DNA from: an uncultured Eubacteriales bacterium
Lineage (GTDB): Bacteria > Bacillota > Clostridia > Oscillospirales > Oscillospiraceae
Assembly (NCBI GenBank): GCA_902477135.1
Contig: CABSFR010000002.1
Location: 9,649-73,648 of the forward strand
DNA: 64,000 nt
Direction of reading: 5' to 3'
The position numbers and the translations under genes were made by a program. Of the stretch, positions 9,118 to 18,503 are shown in pieces. Positions within the stretch are counted from its first letter, which is position 1, and the number at the start of each line of letters is the position of its first letter. The notes beneath the pieces were generated by a model. It ran no database searches and was not told where the DNA came from. It saw nothing but the letters and a program-made list of their open reading frames with translations.

Positions 9118-9542
9118 GCTTTGTTTCGGTAAAACAGCCGCACGCAGAGCGAGGCAAGCAGAATGCCCGCGCTGATGCCGAGGCAGGCATCCAGTGTCTT
9201 CAGACCGTAGTCACCCGCCGCTGCGTAGTTGTTTGAGAGAATGTTCGCGATGGTGTAGTAGAGCGAGCCGCCCGGCACGAGGACAACGATGGCAGGCGTC
9301 AGAAAGGTGACGACCGGCGCTTTGCGCAGCCGCGCGGCGACCTCGCAGTACATGGTCATGCAGAAGGCCGCGATCGTGTTGGCGAAAAAGCTGCCGACGG
9401 GGGCGCACAGCAGGTAGATCACCCACGTTACGCCGCCGCAGAGCGCCGTGTAGACAAGGTGGCGCGGGCGAACGCCGAAGAGAATGGCAAAGCCGAGCGT
9501 TCCGAACAGTGCGCTGAGCAGGGGGACGAGAAACTCTTTCAT
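9111..9542 (-). CDS. Threonine/serine exporter family protein, C-terminal-type subunit (YjjB/DUF3815-like, 4-5 TM)
   Basis: 143-aa all-TM protein. 4-nt overlap with the upstream yjjP-like gene. Confidence 0.7.
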   Translation of the reverse strand: MKEFLVPLLSALFGTLGFAILFGVRPRHLVYTALCGGVTWVIYLLCAPVGSFFANTIAAFCMTMYCEVAARLRKAPVVTFLTPAIVVLVPGGSLYYTIANILSNNYAAAGDYGLKTLDACLGISAGILLASLCVRLFYRNKAK

Positions 9543-10318
9543 ACTGCGCCTCCCATGATGTAGATCGCAATGGCGAAGCCGAAGGCGATCATGACGGCAA
9601 GCAGCACCGACTGGATGAGCTGGAGCGCGCCGGAGATCACGTCGCCGCCCATCATGTCGCGCACGGCGTTGTTCAGCGCCACCCCGGGCACGAGGATCAT
9701 AATGGTGCCGATCATGATCTTGTCCGGATGCTGCCCAAGTCCGAGCCGCGTCAGGCCGAGACCGACCAGACCGGCCAGCAGGGAAGCGAGCACCATGACG
9801 ATCATGCGATTGACAAAGCGCGGCGCATAGCGCTGGAAGATCGTCACCGCGCAGCCGGCTGCGGCGGCGCAGAGGCTGTCAAGCAGGTTGCCGCCGAAGA
9901 AGAAGACGAACCCCGCAGCGGCGCACATAGCCCCCAAGCAGACAAGCCAGAAGGGGTAGGGGCGGCGCGACTTTGCCTCGACGATCCGCGCCCGCAGCTT
10001 TGACAGCGGCAGCGCGCCGGTGCAAAGCTCGCGCGAGATCTCATTGAGCGCCTCGACCATATACATATTGTTCTTCGTTTCGTAGATGCGCCGCATTTGC
10101 TGGGAACGCACGCCGTCGCGCATCTGCACGGAGGCGACGATGAGCGACGGGATGGTGAAGACCTCCACGTGCTGCGCGCCGTAGGCAGCGCAAATGCGCT
10201 CGATGGTGTCCTCGACGCGGTGGATCTCGCCGCCGCTTTTCAAAATATGCTCACCGACATCCAGCGCGGCGCACAAAACGGTGTCCGCCTGCTCGATCGG
10301 CAGGGTCACTGTTTCCAT
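9539..10318 (-). CDS. Threonine/serine exporter family protein, N-terminal-type subunit (ThrE/YjjP, DUF1212-like)
   Basis: METVTLPIEQADTVLCAALDVGEHILKSGGEIHRVEDTIERI... soluble N-domain plus a C-terminal TM bundle. ATG is 4 nt after the TGA of the CotH gene; RBS GGGAGTGA. Confidence 0.7.
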   Translation of the reverse strand: METVTLPIEQADTVLCAALDVGEHILKSGGEIHRVEDTIERICAAYGAQHVEVFTIPSLIVASVQMRDGVRSQQMRRIYETKNNMYMVEALNEISRELCTGALPLSKLRARIVEAKSRRPYPFWLVCLGAMCAAAGFVFFFGGNLLDSLCAAAAGCAVTIFQRYAPRFVNRMIVMVLASLLAGLVGLGLTRLGLGQHPDKIMIGTIMILVPGVALNNAVRDMMGGDVISGALQLIQSVLLAVMIAFGFAIAIYIMGGAV

Positions 10319-10322
10319 CCGG

Positions 10323-12608
10323 TCACTCCCTGTCCGCGATAAAAGCCTCGTAGAAGCGCGTGATGATCGCCGCAAGCTCGGCGCGGGTGATGTTGTTAAA
10401 CGGGCGGAAGGTGCCGTCCTCATAGCCGACGATCACCTTGTTTTCGATCGACCATTCCACGGCGTTTCTTGCGTAATTGGAGACACTCCAGCTGTCCTTC
10501 ATGCGGCCAAGATTGCTCGTGCCCTGCACGGCGGGCGAACCGAGGTAGCGGTAGAGCAGCACGACGACGTCCTGCCGCGTGATCGGCTCGTTCGGACGGA
10601 AGGTGCCGTCGTCATAGCCGTTGACCACGTTCTTTTTATATGCCCACATGACGGCCGGCGCGAACCACTCGCCATTGTCTACGTCGGAGAAGACGCGGCT
10701 GTAGGCCACGCGCTCATCGCCGGACAGGCGCATGAGCACCTGCGCGGTCTGCGCGCGGGTCGTGTTGCCCAGCGGCTCGAAGATGCCGAAGCCGACGCCT
10801 TGCAGCAGGCCGTAGCGCGCGGCGCTCATCACGCTTTCGTAGTACCAGACGTTCTGCGGCACATCGTAGAAGACGATCAGGTCTTCCTTGCTGTCCTTGT
10901 TCCAGCTTGCGTAGTTTTCCGTCAGCCAAGCATCGCGGGTGGTGATATAGCTGCGCAGCGCGTTCACATTCCCGCCCCAGTCCACCGCGCCCCAGACGAT
11001 GCTGTTGGCGCGCGCGGAGGCGGAAAGCTCCTGACGATAGGCCTCAAAGGCGCTCATAGCGGGGTCGACGCTCTCGCCGGAGAGCATCGCCTTGACAAGC
11101 GGGGAGATCCTGCCGAGGTAGACGTCGTGCACGCTCTGGCGGAACGCGCCGTCGTTGTACATTGCCTGCGCGAAGTTACCGTAGAGCGTGAAGAAGCCGT
11201 CCGGCTGCGCGCAGTTATCCACATAAGGACCCCAAGAGATGCCGAAGCTCAGGTCGTAGTCCCAGACGGGATTTGCCACCAGCTTTGCGTCTTCGCCCTT
11301 GTCCTTATACATGAAGTTGGAGGTGCGGAAACCGTCCGGATTTTTGGTCAGCTCGTTTACCAGATAGTTCGTTGCAAAGCTCTCGATGTCGGCGTAGTCC
11401 GACGTCTTCTTTCCGGTGCGGTTGTTGACGCCCTGCGCATAAACGGCGTCTTCAAAGTCCTGATAGTAGGAGGCGATGTAGTCCATTTCCTCCTTGCTTG
11501 CGCACTCCGGACTCTTTACCACGACGTAGTTGTTGCGGCTCGTCGTGATGTAGCAAAGCTCCGCCTGCGCGCGCACCGCCGAGTCCATCTCCAGCAGGTA
11601 TCCGCCCGTGATGTCGGACGGGGAGTTCATGCCCTTGCAGTAGGTGTAGGTCGCGCCGTTTTCCGTCGTACCCTTCTCGATGGGAAGGCTTTCCAGATCG
11701 ACGCCCGGGTTTGCCTCCTCGTTGAGGTCTTCCATGTCGGTGATGTTCACGCGTCCCTTGCCGATCTCGACCTTTTCGCACAGCAGGTAAGCGCCGCGGT
11801 ATTCGCCGTCGTAGAACAGGCTGACCGGACGGCACTGGATCGCGCCCATCATGCCCAGCGCGACGGACAGATCATAGACGATGTTGTTTCGCAGCATCGT
11901 GGGGTCGGCCGCGTTGGTCAGCAGCACCCATGTCCTCGAAGCGTTGGCCTTTTCGCCCGTTTCGAGCAGGTCGGCCTTCTGCTCCAATTTGATCTGGTAG
12001 GGCTTTTTGTCGTTTTGCCATGTGGAGTTGCCGCGCCCCTTGATCTGCTTGAGCTTTCCCTCATGGACGACCGAGCCGTCCGGATTGACAAGCACCATGG
12101 CGCCGGTGGCCTTGTTGGACTTCGTCGGGCTGGATTCCACCCAAGCTCTGCCCTTGTTCACCGGATCGTCGCTGACGAGATACAGGCTTGCGACGCCTGT
12201 CGTCGGCACGACCGTCACGGCATATTCGCAGGTTTGGTCGCCGGACTGCGCCAGCAGCGTGATCGGATAGGTGTCGCCCTCGCCGCAGATCTCCTTGAGA
12301 TCGACCGGCTCACCGCTGCCGATGCCGCAGGCGGAGACCGCGCCGCGCACCGCCGTCATCGCCGAAGCGTCGCTGAGGCGGAAGTAGATGTGTGCGGCGG
12401 TCGGCTCCTCCGAGGCGGAGAGGAAGAGATAATTGACGCCGCCGATGGTCTTGACGTTGGAGCGTGCGTTTTCCAGCGAGGCGTCGCCGGAGGACCAGAC
12501 GGCCTGAAATTCCAGTTTTTCATCCGCGCTGACAAGGCCGGTCATCAGCCCAAGGCTGAGACTCAGCACAAGCAGCATGGAGAGCATCCATCGAAGCTGT
12601 TTTTTCAT
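10323..12608 (-). CDS. Secreted CotH-family atypical protein kinase with three C-terminal SLH (S-layer homology) cell-wall-anchoring repeats
   Basis: Signal peptide MKKQLRWMLSMLLVLSLSLG. Central region aligns to B. subtilis CotH (KKPYQIKL / TMLRNNIVYDLSVALG / VSLFYDGEYRGAYLL / NPVWDYDLSFG versus KKSYHISF / SLMRNKLSLDFFSELG / FAFLKMNGKNEGVYL / IPWDYDATWG). C-terminus has 3x SLH (FSDVDNGEWFAPAVMWAYKKNVVNGY...). The exact start is ambiguous (ATG 12608 versus TTG 12632). Confidence 0.8.
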   Translation of the reverse strand: MKKQLRWMLSMLLVLSLSLGLMTGLVSADEKLEFQAVWSSGDASLENARSNVKTIGGVNYLFLSASEEPTAAHIYFRLSDASAMTAVRGAVSACGIGSGEPVDLKEICGEGDTYPITLLAQSGDQTCEYAVTVVPTTGVASLYLVSDDPVNKGRAWVESSPTKSNKATGAMVLVNPDGSVVHEGKLKQIKGRGNSTWQNDKKPYQIKLEQKADLLETGEKANASRTWVLLTNAADPTMLRNNIVYDLSVALGMMGAIQCRPVSLFYDGEYRGAYLLCEKVEIGKGRVNITDMEDLNEEANPGVDLESLPIEKGTTENGATYTYCKGMNSPSDITGGYLLEMDSAVRAQAELCYITTSRNNYVVVKSPECASKEEMDYIASYYQDFEDAVYAQGVNNRTGKKTSDYADIESFATNYLVNELTKNPDGFRTSNFMYKDKGEDAKLVANPVWDYDLSFGISWGPYVDNCAQPDGFFTLYGNFAQAMYNDGAFRQSVHDVYLGRISPLVKAMLSGESVDPAMSAFEAYRQELSASARANSIVWGAVDWGGNVNALRSYITTRDAWLTENYASWNKDSKEDLIVFYDVPQNVWYYESVMSAARYGLLQGVGFGIFEPLGNTTRAQTAQVLMRLSGDERVAYSRVFSDVDNGEWFAPAVMWAYKKNVVNGYDDGTFRPNEPITRQDVVVLLYRYLGSPAVQGTSNLGRMKDSWSVSNYARNAVEWSIENKVIVGYEDGTFRPFNNITRAELAAIITRFYEAFIADRE

Positions 12609-12677
12609 GTGCAAATGCGCCCGAAGGCACAATTCACTCCTTTGCTGCGTTTTTAAGGTGCCGGAACACCTTCCAGA

Positions 12678-12706
12678 AAGTATATCAGTTTTTGACTTTT
12701 TTCGCA
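12678..12706 (-). promoter_or_regulatory. Sigma-A-type promoter for the CotH-SLH operon (minus strand: TTGCGA-17-TATACT)
   Basis: Hexamers read from the reverse complement of 12678-12706. Confidence 0.5.
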
Positions 12707-12784
12707 AGTACCTTTTGGCAGATTGCACACATTTTAGCGTTAGTCTTGACTTTCATGCGGATTAATGCAATAATAGGGGTGTGA

Positions 12785-12814
12785 ATGCCGGCTGCGTTGG
12801 AAATATGTTACAAT
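12785..12814 (+). promoter_or_regulatory. Extended -10 promoter (TGtTACAAT, 12806-12814) for the giant SLH protein gene
   Basis: TGnTACAAT read from the sequence. Confidence 0.45.
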
Positions 12815-12864
12815 TTTTAGCATGCCGGCAGAACCAAAAATTTGTTTTTTCTGGAGGAAAAAAG

Positions 12865-15800
12865 ATGAAACACACGTTCACCCGGCGTATCATCTGTCTG
12901 CTGCTCATGGCGGCGATGATCGCGGCGCTGTGCCCGACTTTTGTATCGGCACAGGGCGAAACACGTGGCTTTCAGAAGCCCGATGGCAGAGTCATCGTCG
13001 CCGAGACGGACTACACCATCGCAAAAGGCGTAAAGGAGACGCAGGTAATTCTAAATAACTCCGAGGGCACCGCACAGGTGTATGGCTACATGGCGACGAT
13101 CGCACCGAACGCCTCCGTGAAGCCGAAGGCATCCTATGCAGGATATTACACCGAGGGTAGCACCGTCACGAGCCGTGCCGAGGCCGCGAAGAGCCTGAAG
13201 TGGGATCTTCGCACCACGACCGGTCAGGCGGCCGACTACGAGAAGGCGACCGGTGAGCAGGTCGCTCTGGCGGTCAACGGCGACTATTATAATATGCAGA
13301 CCTGCCAGTCGCTTGGCTACCTCATTATGGAAGGCAACGTTGTGCAGACCGGTGTTGAGCAGGAGCCGTATTTCGCGGTTCTGAAGGACGGCAGCTATGT
13401 CATCCGCGACTATGGCACGCCGCACGATGATGTCGCCGAGGCGATCTCCGGCCCGTTCTGGCTGGTCAAAAACGGCGAGATCATGGTTGCGGATACCGAT
13501 CCGACGCTTGCACCGCGCCACTCCATCGGTCTGAAGGAAGACGGCACGCTGGTCGTCTTTATGGCAGACGGCCGTGCGGGACTTTCCGCTGGTATGACGG
13601 TCTATGAGATCGCAAAGATCCAGAAGGCGCAGGGCGTCGTCAACGCAATTTACCTTGACGGCGGCGGTTCTGCTACCTTCAGCTCCCGCCACGAAGGCAG
13701 CGAGCGGCTGGAAATTCAGAACCATCCCTCCGACGGCCCAGAGCGCGTCGTCGCTTCTACGCTGCTGTTCGTCAAGACCGAGAAGAGCACAGGCAAATTT
13801 GACCATGCCGCGCTCAAGCCCAATAACGAACTGTTTGTTGCGGGTTCGTCGGTGCAGTTTACCGCAAACGGCGTTGACGGTACGGGCTATCCCGTTGCTC
13901 TGCCCGAGAGCCTCACCTGGAAGCTGAAGGACGCGAGCTTCGGCACCATCGACGCCTCCGGCCTCTTCCGTTCTAACGGCAAGTGCGGCACCGTCGAAGT
14001 CGAGCTGCTGTGGCGAGGCGACACCGTCGGCGCGACCAGCATCGAGGTGCAGGAGCCGGACGCGCTCTCCTTTGCCTCCAATTCCATCAACCTTGCTTTC
14101 AAGGCAAGCTCCGATCTTGGCCTGCGCGTTTATTGCCAGAACCGTCTGATGGAGCTGAGCGGCTTTACCTTCAACTGGAAGCTCACCCCCGTTTCCGAAG
14201 GCAAGACGCCCGAGCAGATCGGCTCTTTCTCCGGCAATACGTTCACGGCGGTCAAGGCGGCCGAGACGCTACAGGCGACCGTTGAGGTCTCCTATACCAG
14301 AACGGACGGAACGGTTCTGTCCGACACCATTTTTGTTGAGATCGGCAGGATGCCGCAGGTCATCTTTGACTTCGAACCGGATGAGAACGGCAACGTTCTG
14401 AAATACGGCGAGTACGACTGGGGCAACAGCAGCTACGGCGCGACGTGGCCGGAAGATACCGACCCGATCACCTACCTCGGTTGGGACGCTGCCGCGAATG
14501 CACTGATCACGAAGAACGAGTCCGGCCCGTTCACCTTCGACGGCTCTTATCTGGACGGCCCGAACGATGCGACCTATCATCCCGCCTCCACCTTGCTCGG
14601 AGCGAGAGGCTACAGCTTCTTCACGTGGCACACCGGCTATATGAAGCAGCATTCCGCCCTTTTGAATAATGTGACCGCAGACAACGGTCAGGTTCGTTTC
14701 GGCGACCACGCGATGGAGCTGAAATATGACTACACCGACCTTGCGCCCGGCTACAGAAACGTGAATCTGTACATCCGCAACGCCAAGCTCGCCGACGACG
14801 TGACCACCGACGTCAACTCCGGCTATGCCATCGACGGCACCCCCTCCGGTTTGGGCGTTTGGGTCTATGCGCCGGAAGGCACGCCGAACTATTGGCTCTG
14901 GACGACCGTCGCCTACTGGGATGAGGCGAGCGGCCTTTACAAGGACGCTTACCTCCACTTTACCACGCAGGAGGGCCGCAGCATTCAGTATAACGGCATT
15001 TACTGGGACGGCTGGATGTACTGCGAGGCAGACCTGAGCGGCCTTGCACAGTATGTCACGCCCGAGCATCCGCTCAAGCTCATCACCGGACGTCCGCTGA
15101 TCCTGATGACCTTCATCCCCGGCGGCTCCGCGAACGAAAACGGCGATAAGATCCCGATGGGCGACTTTGCCAAGGGCAGCATCTACTTTGATAACTTCCG
15201 CGTCGTCTACGGCGACACCGTCGACGATATGGACAACCCCGTCGTCAGCTCTCTGACCGCCAACGGCACGGAGCTGAAGGAGGACGGCTCCAGCGTTCTG
15301 ACCGACAGCAAGATCACGCTGGCCGCTGCCTTTACCGATCCCGACGGCGATAATGCCACCGGCATCCATGCCGAGAAGACCGCGATCTACGTGGACGGCC
15401 TGCATCAGGAGCTGCCCACCGCGACCGCGACGAATGCTTCCGTCACCGTCACGCTCCCGAACGGCGAGCACAGCGTTATGATCTCCGTCGCCGATAAGTT
15501 CGGTAACGTCACCAAGGTCACGCGCTACTTCACCGTCAATGCCGCGCAGAGCAAGCTCGGCAAGATCACGCTGACCGGCGAAGCGACCGCGACGATCGGC
15601 ACCACCTATGCCCTCACGCTGGCGGTGGAAAACTCCGATCAGGTCAAGTCCCTTGAGGCACAGATCAAGCTGACCGAGACCTTCGGTGCGCCGACGGTCG
15701 AGTTTACGGACGGCTACACCGGAACAAGCGCCTATGAAAGCGGCATCCTGACCGTTCAGGCGACAACCGACGCACCCAAGGCGGGCGCTGCCGCGAAGAT

Positions 15801-18354
15801 CGTCTTCACGCTGGCTCCCTCCATTGCCAAGGGCACCGTCATGTCCTACACCGTCGAGAAGGGAACCTTCGAGGACGGCGAAAATTCGCTCACCTTCGCC
15901 CAGAGCACCGCGACCGTCGGCGTGACCGCGCCCTATGCGCTCTCCGCTGACATCATGGTGGCCGGCTCGACCGGCAAGATCTACGTCACGACCGCAGACG
16001 GCAAGAGCGCGGGTAAGGTCAGCGTCTATGCCGTGAAGGAAGGCGAGGAGGACGAACTGGTCGGCACCACGAACAACGGCGGCGTTCTGGTAACGAACCG
16101 CTTCTGCCGCACGGCGGGCGAGAAGTTTGTCATCTACGCCAAGGGCGAGAGCGGCTATTCCTTCCGCGTCTCCGGCGTCACCAACGGCATCGGCAGCAAC
16201 GAGGTCACGCCCATCAACGTCCGCCTCAACGCGGGCAAGGACGCGACCACGACGCAGAGCCTCACGTGGTTCAGCGCGGCCGAGTATACCGCGCAGAAGG
16301 CCGTCGTCCAGTTTACGACGCAGGCGGCCTACCAGTCCGGCACCTACGAGTTTACCACCGTCACCGGAACGAGCAAGCTCATCGCCTTTAACGGCAGCGG
16401 CGACGACAACAACGCCACCCTGCTCAACACCGTTACGCTCTCCGGCCTGCAGGCAGGCACGACCTACTGCTACCGTGTCGGCGACGGCATCGAAGGCCAC
16501 TTCTCCGAGGTCTCCACCTTCACCACGGCCAAGGAGTCGGGCAAGACGTCTTTCTTCGTCATGGGCGACACGCAGCTGAGCAACAACCCCGCCTCCGACG
16601 CCGAGTCGATCGCCTACATGGAAGCGATCGCCGCAGCGATCGCGCAGAAGGGCGTTGACTTCGGCATCCAGACCGGCGACTATATTGACGTTGCCAACAG
16701 TCTGGGCGCGTGGAACCAGATCCAAGGTCTCTTTGCCGCGCAGTACCCGACCACCCCGATCATTCAGGTGCTCGGCAATCATGAGTACTACGGCGATATG
16801 ACCGGCGACAAGGCTGCCGCGATCTTCAATCTCCCCGATAAGGATTACTATTCCGTGCAGTACGGCGATGTCTACGTCGCGGTTATCAACTGCAATGCCG
16901 ATATTGCATCCGCCGCGAAGTGGCTGGTCGAAGATGCTGCTAAGAGCGACTGCACATGGAAGATCCTGACGCTCCATCAGCCGCCTTACTACACCAACCC
17001 GAAGGGCTCCAGCGCGCCGTATAACAAGGCGATCCCCGCTGCGGCGGAGCAGGCTGGCATTGACTTCGTGTTCTCCGGCCATGACCATTCCTATGCCCGC
17101 ACAAGCCCCATCCTGAACGGTGAGGTGAATGAGCAGAACGGTGTTGTGTACTTCATCTGCGGCGACCTCGGCGAGAAGTCTCGCAGCTCCCAGTACAAGC
17201 CCGAGGATAACCCCGATTTCCACTTTGCGAAGATCACGCAGAACTACGACGCGGTCTACCTGATGGTCGAGCTGAACGACGGCAAGATGACCGTCACCGC
17301 CTACAATGTCGACGGCACCGTGATAGACTCCGTCTCGAAGGAAAAGCGGAAGACGGATCCCGATCCCACCCCCGAGAAGCACGACTATATCTACGACCGC
17401 ACGACCGGTAAGCTGACCTGCACCGAGACCGATTGCACCCAGAAGGAAGCCCCCGCGGACTACACCGGCTGGGCAAAGGATTCCAAGAGCGGCAAGCGGA
17501 TGTACTTCCTTGCAGGCAAGTATAAGACCGGCTGGTTCACCATCGGCGAGGATCTTTACCACTTCGACGCCAAGACGGGCGAGGAGCATAAGGTCACCGT
17601 CACCGAGAACACCGTGACGACTTGCGGCGTGCAGGGCAAGAAGACCGTCAAGTGCGAGTGCGGCGAGACGAAGACCGTCGAACTCAGCCGCGCGGGCGCG
17701 CATATCAACGTGCCGAAGACCAACGAAGACGGCAGCGTCTACTATATCTGCTCCAGATGCGGCAGAATGACGATCTATGATCTGACCTTTGTCGATGTGA
17801 AGGACACCGACTGGTTCGCGCCCACGGTGGACTATGTTGTCCATCACGGCCTCTTCAACGGCCGCAATGAGATGATCTTCGACCCGAATGCCTCCATGAC
17901 CCGTGCGGAGCTGGTCTCCGTCCTGTGGCGCCTGGTCGGTTCTCCCAACTTTGAGGATACGTCCAGCACGGTATTTGCGGACGTTCCCGACGGATGCTGG
18001 TACGCGGCAGCCGTCAACTGGGCTTATAAGAACAAGATCGTCAACGGTATTGACGAGACGCACTTTGCGCCCGAGGCGAAGATCACGCGCGAGCAGATCG
18101 TTACCATCCTCTTCCGTTATGCCGACGCCAGCGGCTTTGCCTCGAAGGATCGCGCCGACATCACGAAGGACTTTAAGGATGCCGGCCGCGTTTCTTCCTA
18201 TGCCAAGGAAGCAATGGCGTGGGCGGTCGCCGCGAAGCTCATTCAGGGCGATAACGGCCAGATCAACCCGCTCAATAACGCGACCCGTGCGGAAGTCGCA
18301 ACGATGATCATGCGCTACGACAAGCTGCGCACACCGCAGGAATCTCAGGAATAA
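12865..18354 (+). CDS. 1829-aa secreted SLH-anchored multidomain protein: N-terminal NAGPA-like phosphodiester glycosidase domain (DUF2233), Ig/FN3-like repeats, calcineurin-like (purple-acid-phosphatase-type) metallophosphoesterase domain, Cys-rich module, 3x SLH
   Basis: Signal peptide MKHTFTRRIICLLLMAAMIAALCPTFVSAQG (ATG 12865, RBS GGAGG). LAVNGDYYN...GRAGLSAGMTVYEIAKIQKAQGVVNAIYLDGGGSATF (phosphodiester glycosidase). GDTQ...GDYID...GNHEY...HQPPY...GHDHSY (metallophosphatase). Three SLH repeats at the C-terminus. Confidence 0.85.
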   Translation: MKHTFTRRIICLLLMAAMIAALCPTFVSAQGETRGFQKPDGRVIVAETDYTIAKGVKETQVILNNSEGTAQVYGYMATIAPNASVKPKASYAGYYTEGSTVTSRAEAAKSLKWDLRTTTGQAADYEKATGEQVALAVNGDYYNMQTCQSLGYLIMEGNVVQTGVEQEPYFAVLKDGSYVIRDYGTPHDDVAEAISGPFWLVKNGEIMVADTDPTLAPRHSIGLKEDGTLVVFMADGRAGLSAGMTVYEIAKIQKAQGVVNAIYLDGGGSATFSSRHEGSERLEIQNHPSDGPERVVASTLLFVKTEKSTGKFDHAALKPNNELFVAGSSVQFTANGVDGTGYPVALPESLTWKLKDASFGTIDASGLFRSNGKCGTVEVELLWRGDTVGATSIEVQEPDALSFASNSINLAFKASSDLGLRVYCQNRLMELSGFTFNWKLTPVSEGKTPEQIGSFSGNTFTAVKAAETLQATVEVSYTRTDGTVLSDTIFVEIGRMPQVIFDFEPDENGNVLKYGEYDWGNSSYGATWPEDTDPITYLGWDAAANALITKNESGPFTFDGSYLDGPNDATYHPASTLLGARGYSFFTWHTGYMKQHSALLNNVTADNGQVRFGDHAMELKYDYTDLAPGYRNVNLYIRNAKLADDVTTDVNSGYAIDGTPSGLGVWVYAPEGTPNYWLWTTVAYWDEASGLYKDAYLHFTTQEGRSIQYNGIYWDGWMYCEADLSGLAQYVTPEHPLKLITGRPLILMTFIPGGSANENGDKIPMGDFAKGSIYFDNFRVVYGDTVDDMDNPVVSSLTANGTELKEDGSSVLTDSKITLAAAFTDPDGDNATGIHAEKTAIYVDGLHQELPTATATNASVTVTLPNGEHSVMISVADKFGNVTKVTRYFTVNAAQSKLGKITLTGEATATIGTTYALTLAVENSDQVKSLEAQIKLTETFGAPTVEFTDGYTGTSAYESGILTVQATTDAPKAGAAAKIVFTLAPSIAKGTVMSYTVEKGTFEDGENSLTFAQSTATVGVTAPYALSADIMVAGSTGKIYVTTADGKSAGKVSVYAVKEGEEDELVGTTNNGGVLVTNRFCRTAGEKFVIYAKGESGYSFRVSGVTNGIGSNEVTPINVRLNAGKDATTTQSLTWFSAAEYTAQKAVVQFTTQAAYQSGTYEFTTVTGTSKLIAFNGSGDDNNATLLNTVTLSGLQAGTTYCYRVGDGIEGHFSEVSTFTTAKESGKTSFFVMGDTQLSNNPASDAESIAYMEAIAAAIAQKGVDFGIQTGDYIDVANSLGAWNQIQGLFAAQYPTTPIIQVLGNHEYYGDMTGDKAAAIFNLPDKDYYSVQYGDVYVAVINCNADIASAAKWLVEDAAKSDCTWKILTLHQPPYYTNPKGSSAPYNKAIPAAAEQAGIDFVFSGHDHSYARTSPILNGEVNEQNGVVYFICGDLGEKSRSSQYKPEDNPDFHFAKITQNYDAVYLMVELNDGKMTVTAYNVDGTVIDSVSKEKRKTDPDPTPEKHDYIYDRTTGKLTCTETDCTQKEAPADYTGWAKDSKSGKRMYFLAGKYKTGWFTIGEDLYHFDAKTGEEHKVTVTENTVTTCGVQGKKTVKCECGETKTVELSRAGAHINVPKTNEDGSVYYICSRCGRMTIYDLTFVDVKDTDWFAPTVDYVVHHGLFNGRNEMIFDPNASMTRAELVSVLWRLVGSPNFEDTSSTVFADVPDGCWYAAAVNWAYKNKIVNGIDETHFAPEAKITREQIVTILFRYADASGFASKDRADITKDFKDAGRVSSYAKEAMAWAVAAKLIQGDNGQINPLNNATRAEVATMIMRYDKLRTPQESQE

Positions 18355-18363
18355 CAGAAACAA

Positions 18364-18400
18364 CCACCCCTGCCGATCGCTCGGCAGGGGTGGTTTTCCT
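18364..18400 (+). terminator. Rho-independent terminator (ACCACCCCTGCCGAtcgcTCGGCAGGGGTGGT + TTTCCT)
   Basis: 14-bp perfect stem plus a U-run. Confidence 0.75.
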
Positions 18401-18460
18401 ATGGGATGTGAAGTGGTAAACTAAAAATGGACACAGAGGGGGGTACATTTTAGGGCAGGC

Positions 18461-18495
18461 AAAAGGCCTTCTCTGACGAGAAGGCCTTCTTATTT
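18461..18495 (-). terminator. Terminator hairpin (AAGGCCTTCTCtgacgAGAAGGCCTT) for the minus-strand membrane protein gene
   Basis: Inverted repeat flanked by A/T runs. Confidence 0.55.
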
Positions 18496-18503
18496 GAGCA
18501 GGT

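Noticed and set aside
10194-12656. 820-aa plus-strand ORF antisense to the CotH-SLH gene
   Set aside because: Same reasoning: a GC-driven open frame with no homology-like features
12781-12864. Upstream extension of the giant protein ORF (MNAGCVGNMLQFLACRQ...)
   Set aside because: It would start within the promoter. The internal ATG at 12865 has a GGAGG RBS and begins a canonical signal peptide
14269-18363. 1364-aa ORF on the minus strand, antisense to the giant SLH protein gene
   Set aside because: Entirely overlaps a well-supported gene. Low-complexity Arg/Gly/Ala/Val-rich translation typical of GC-rich antisense frames. No RBS or start context
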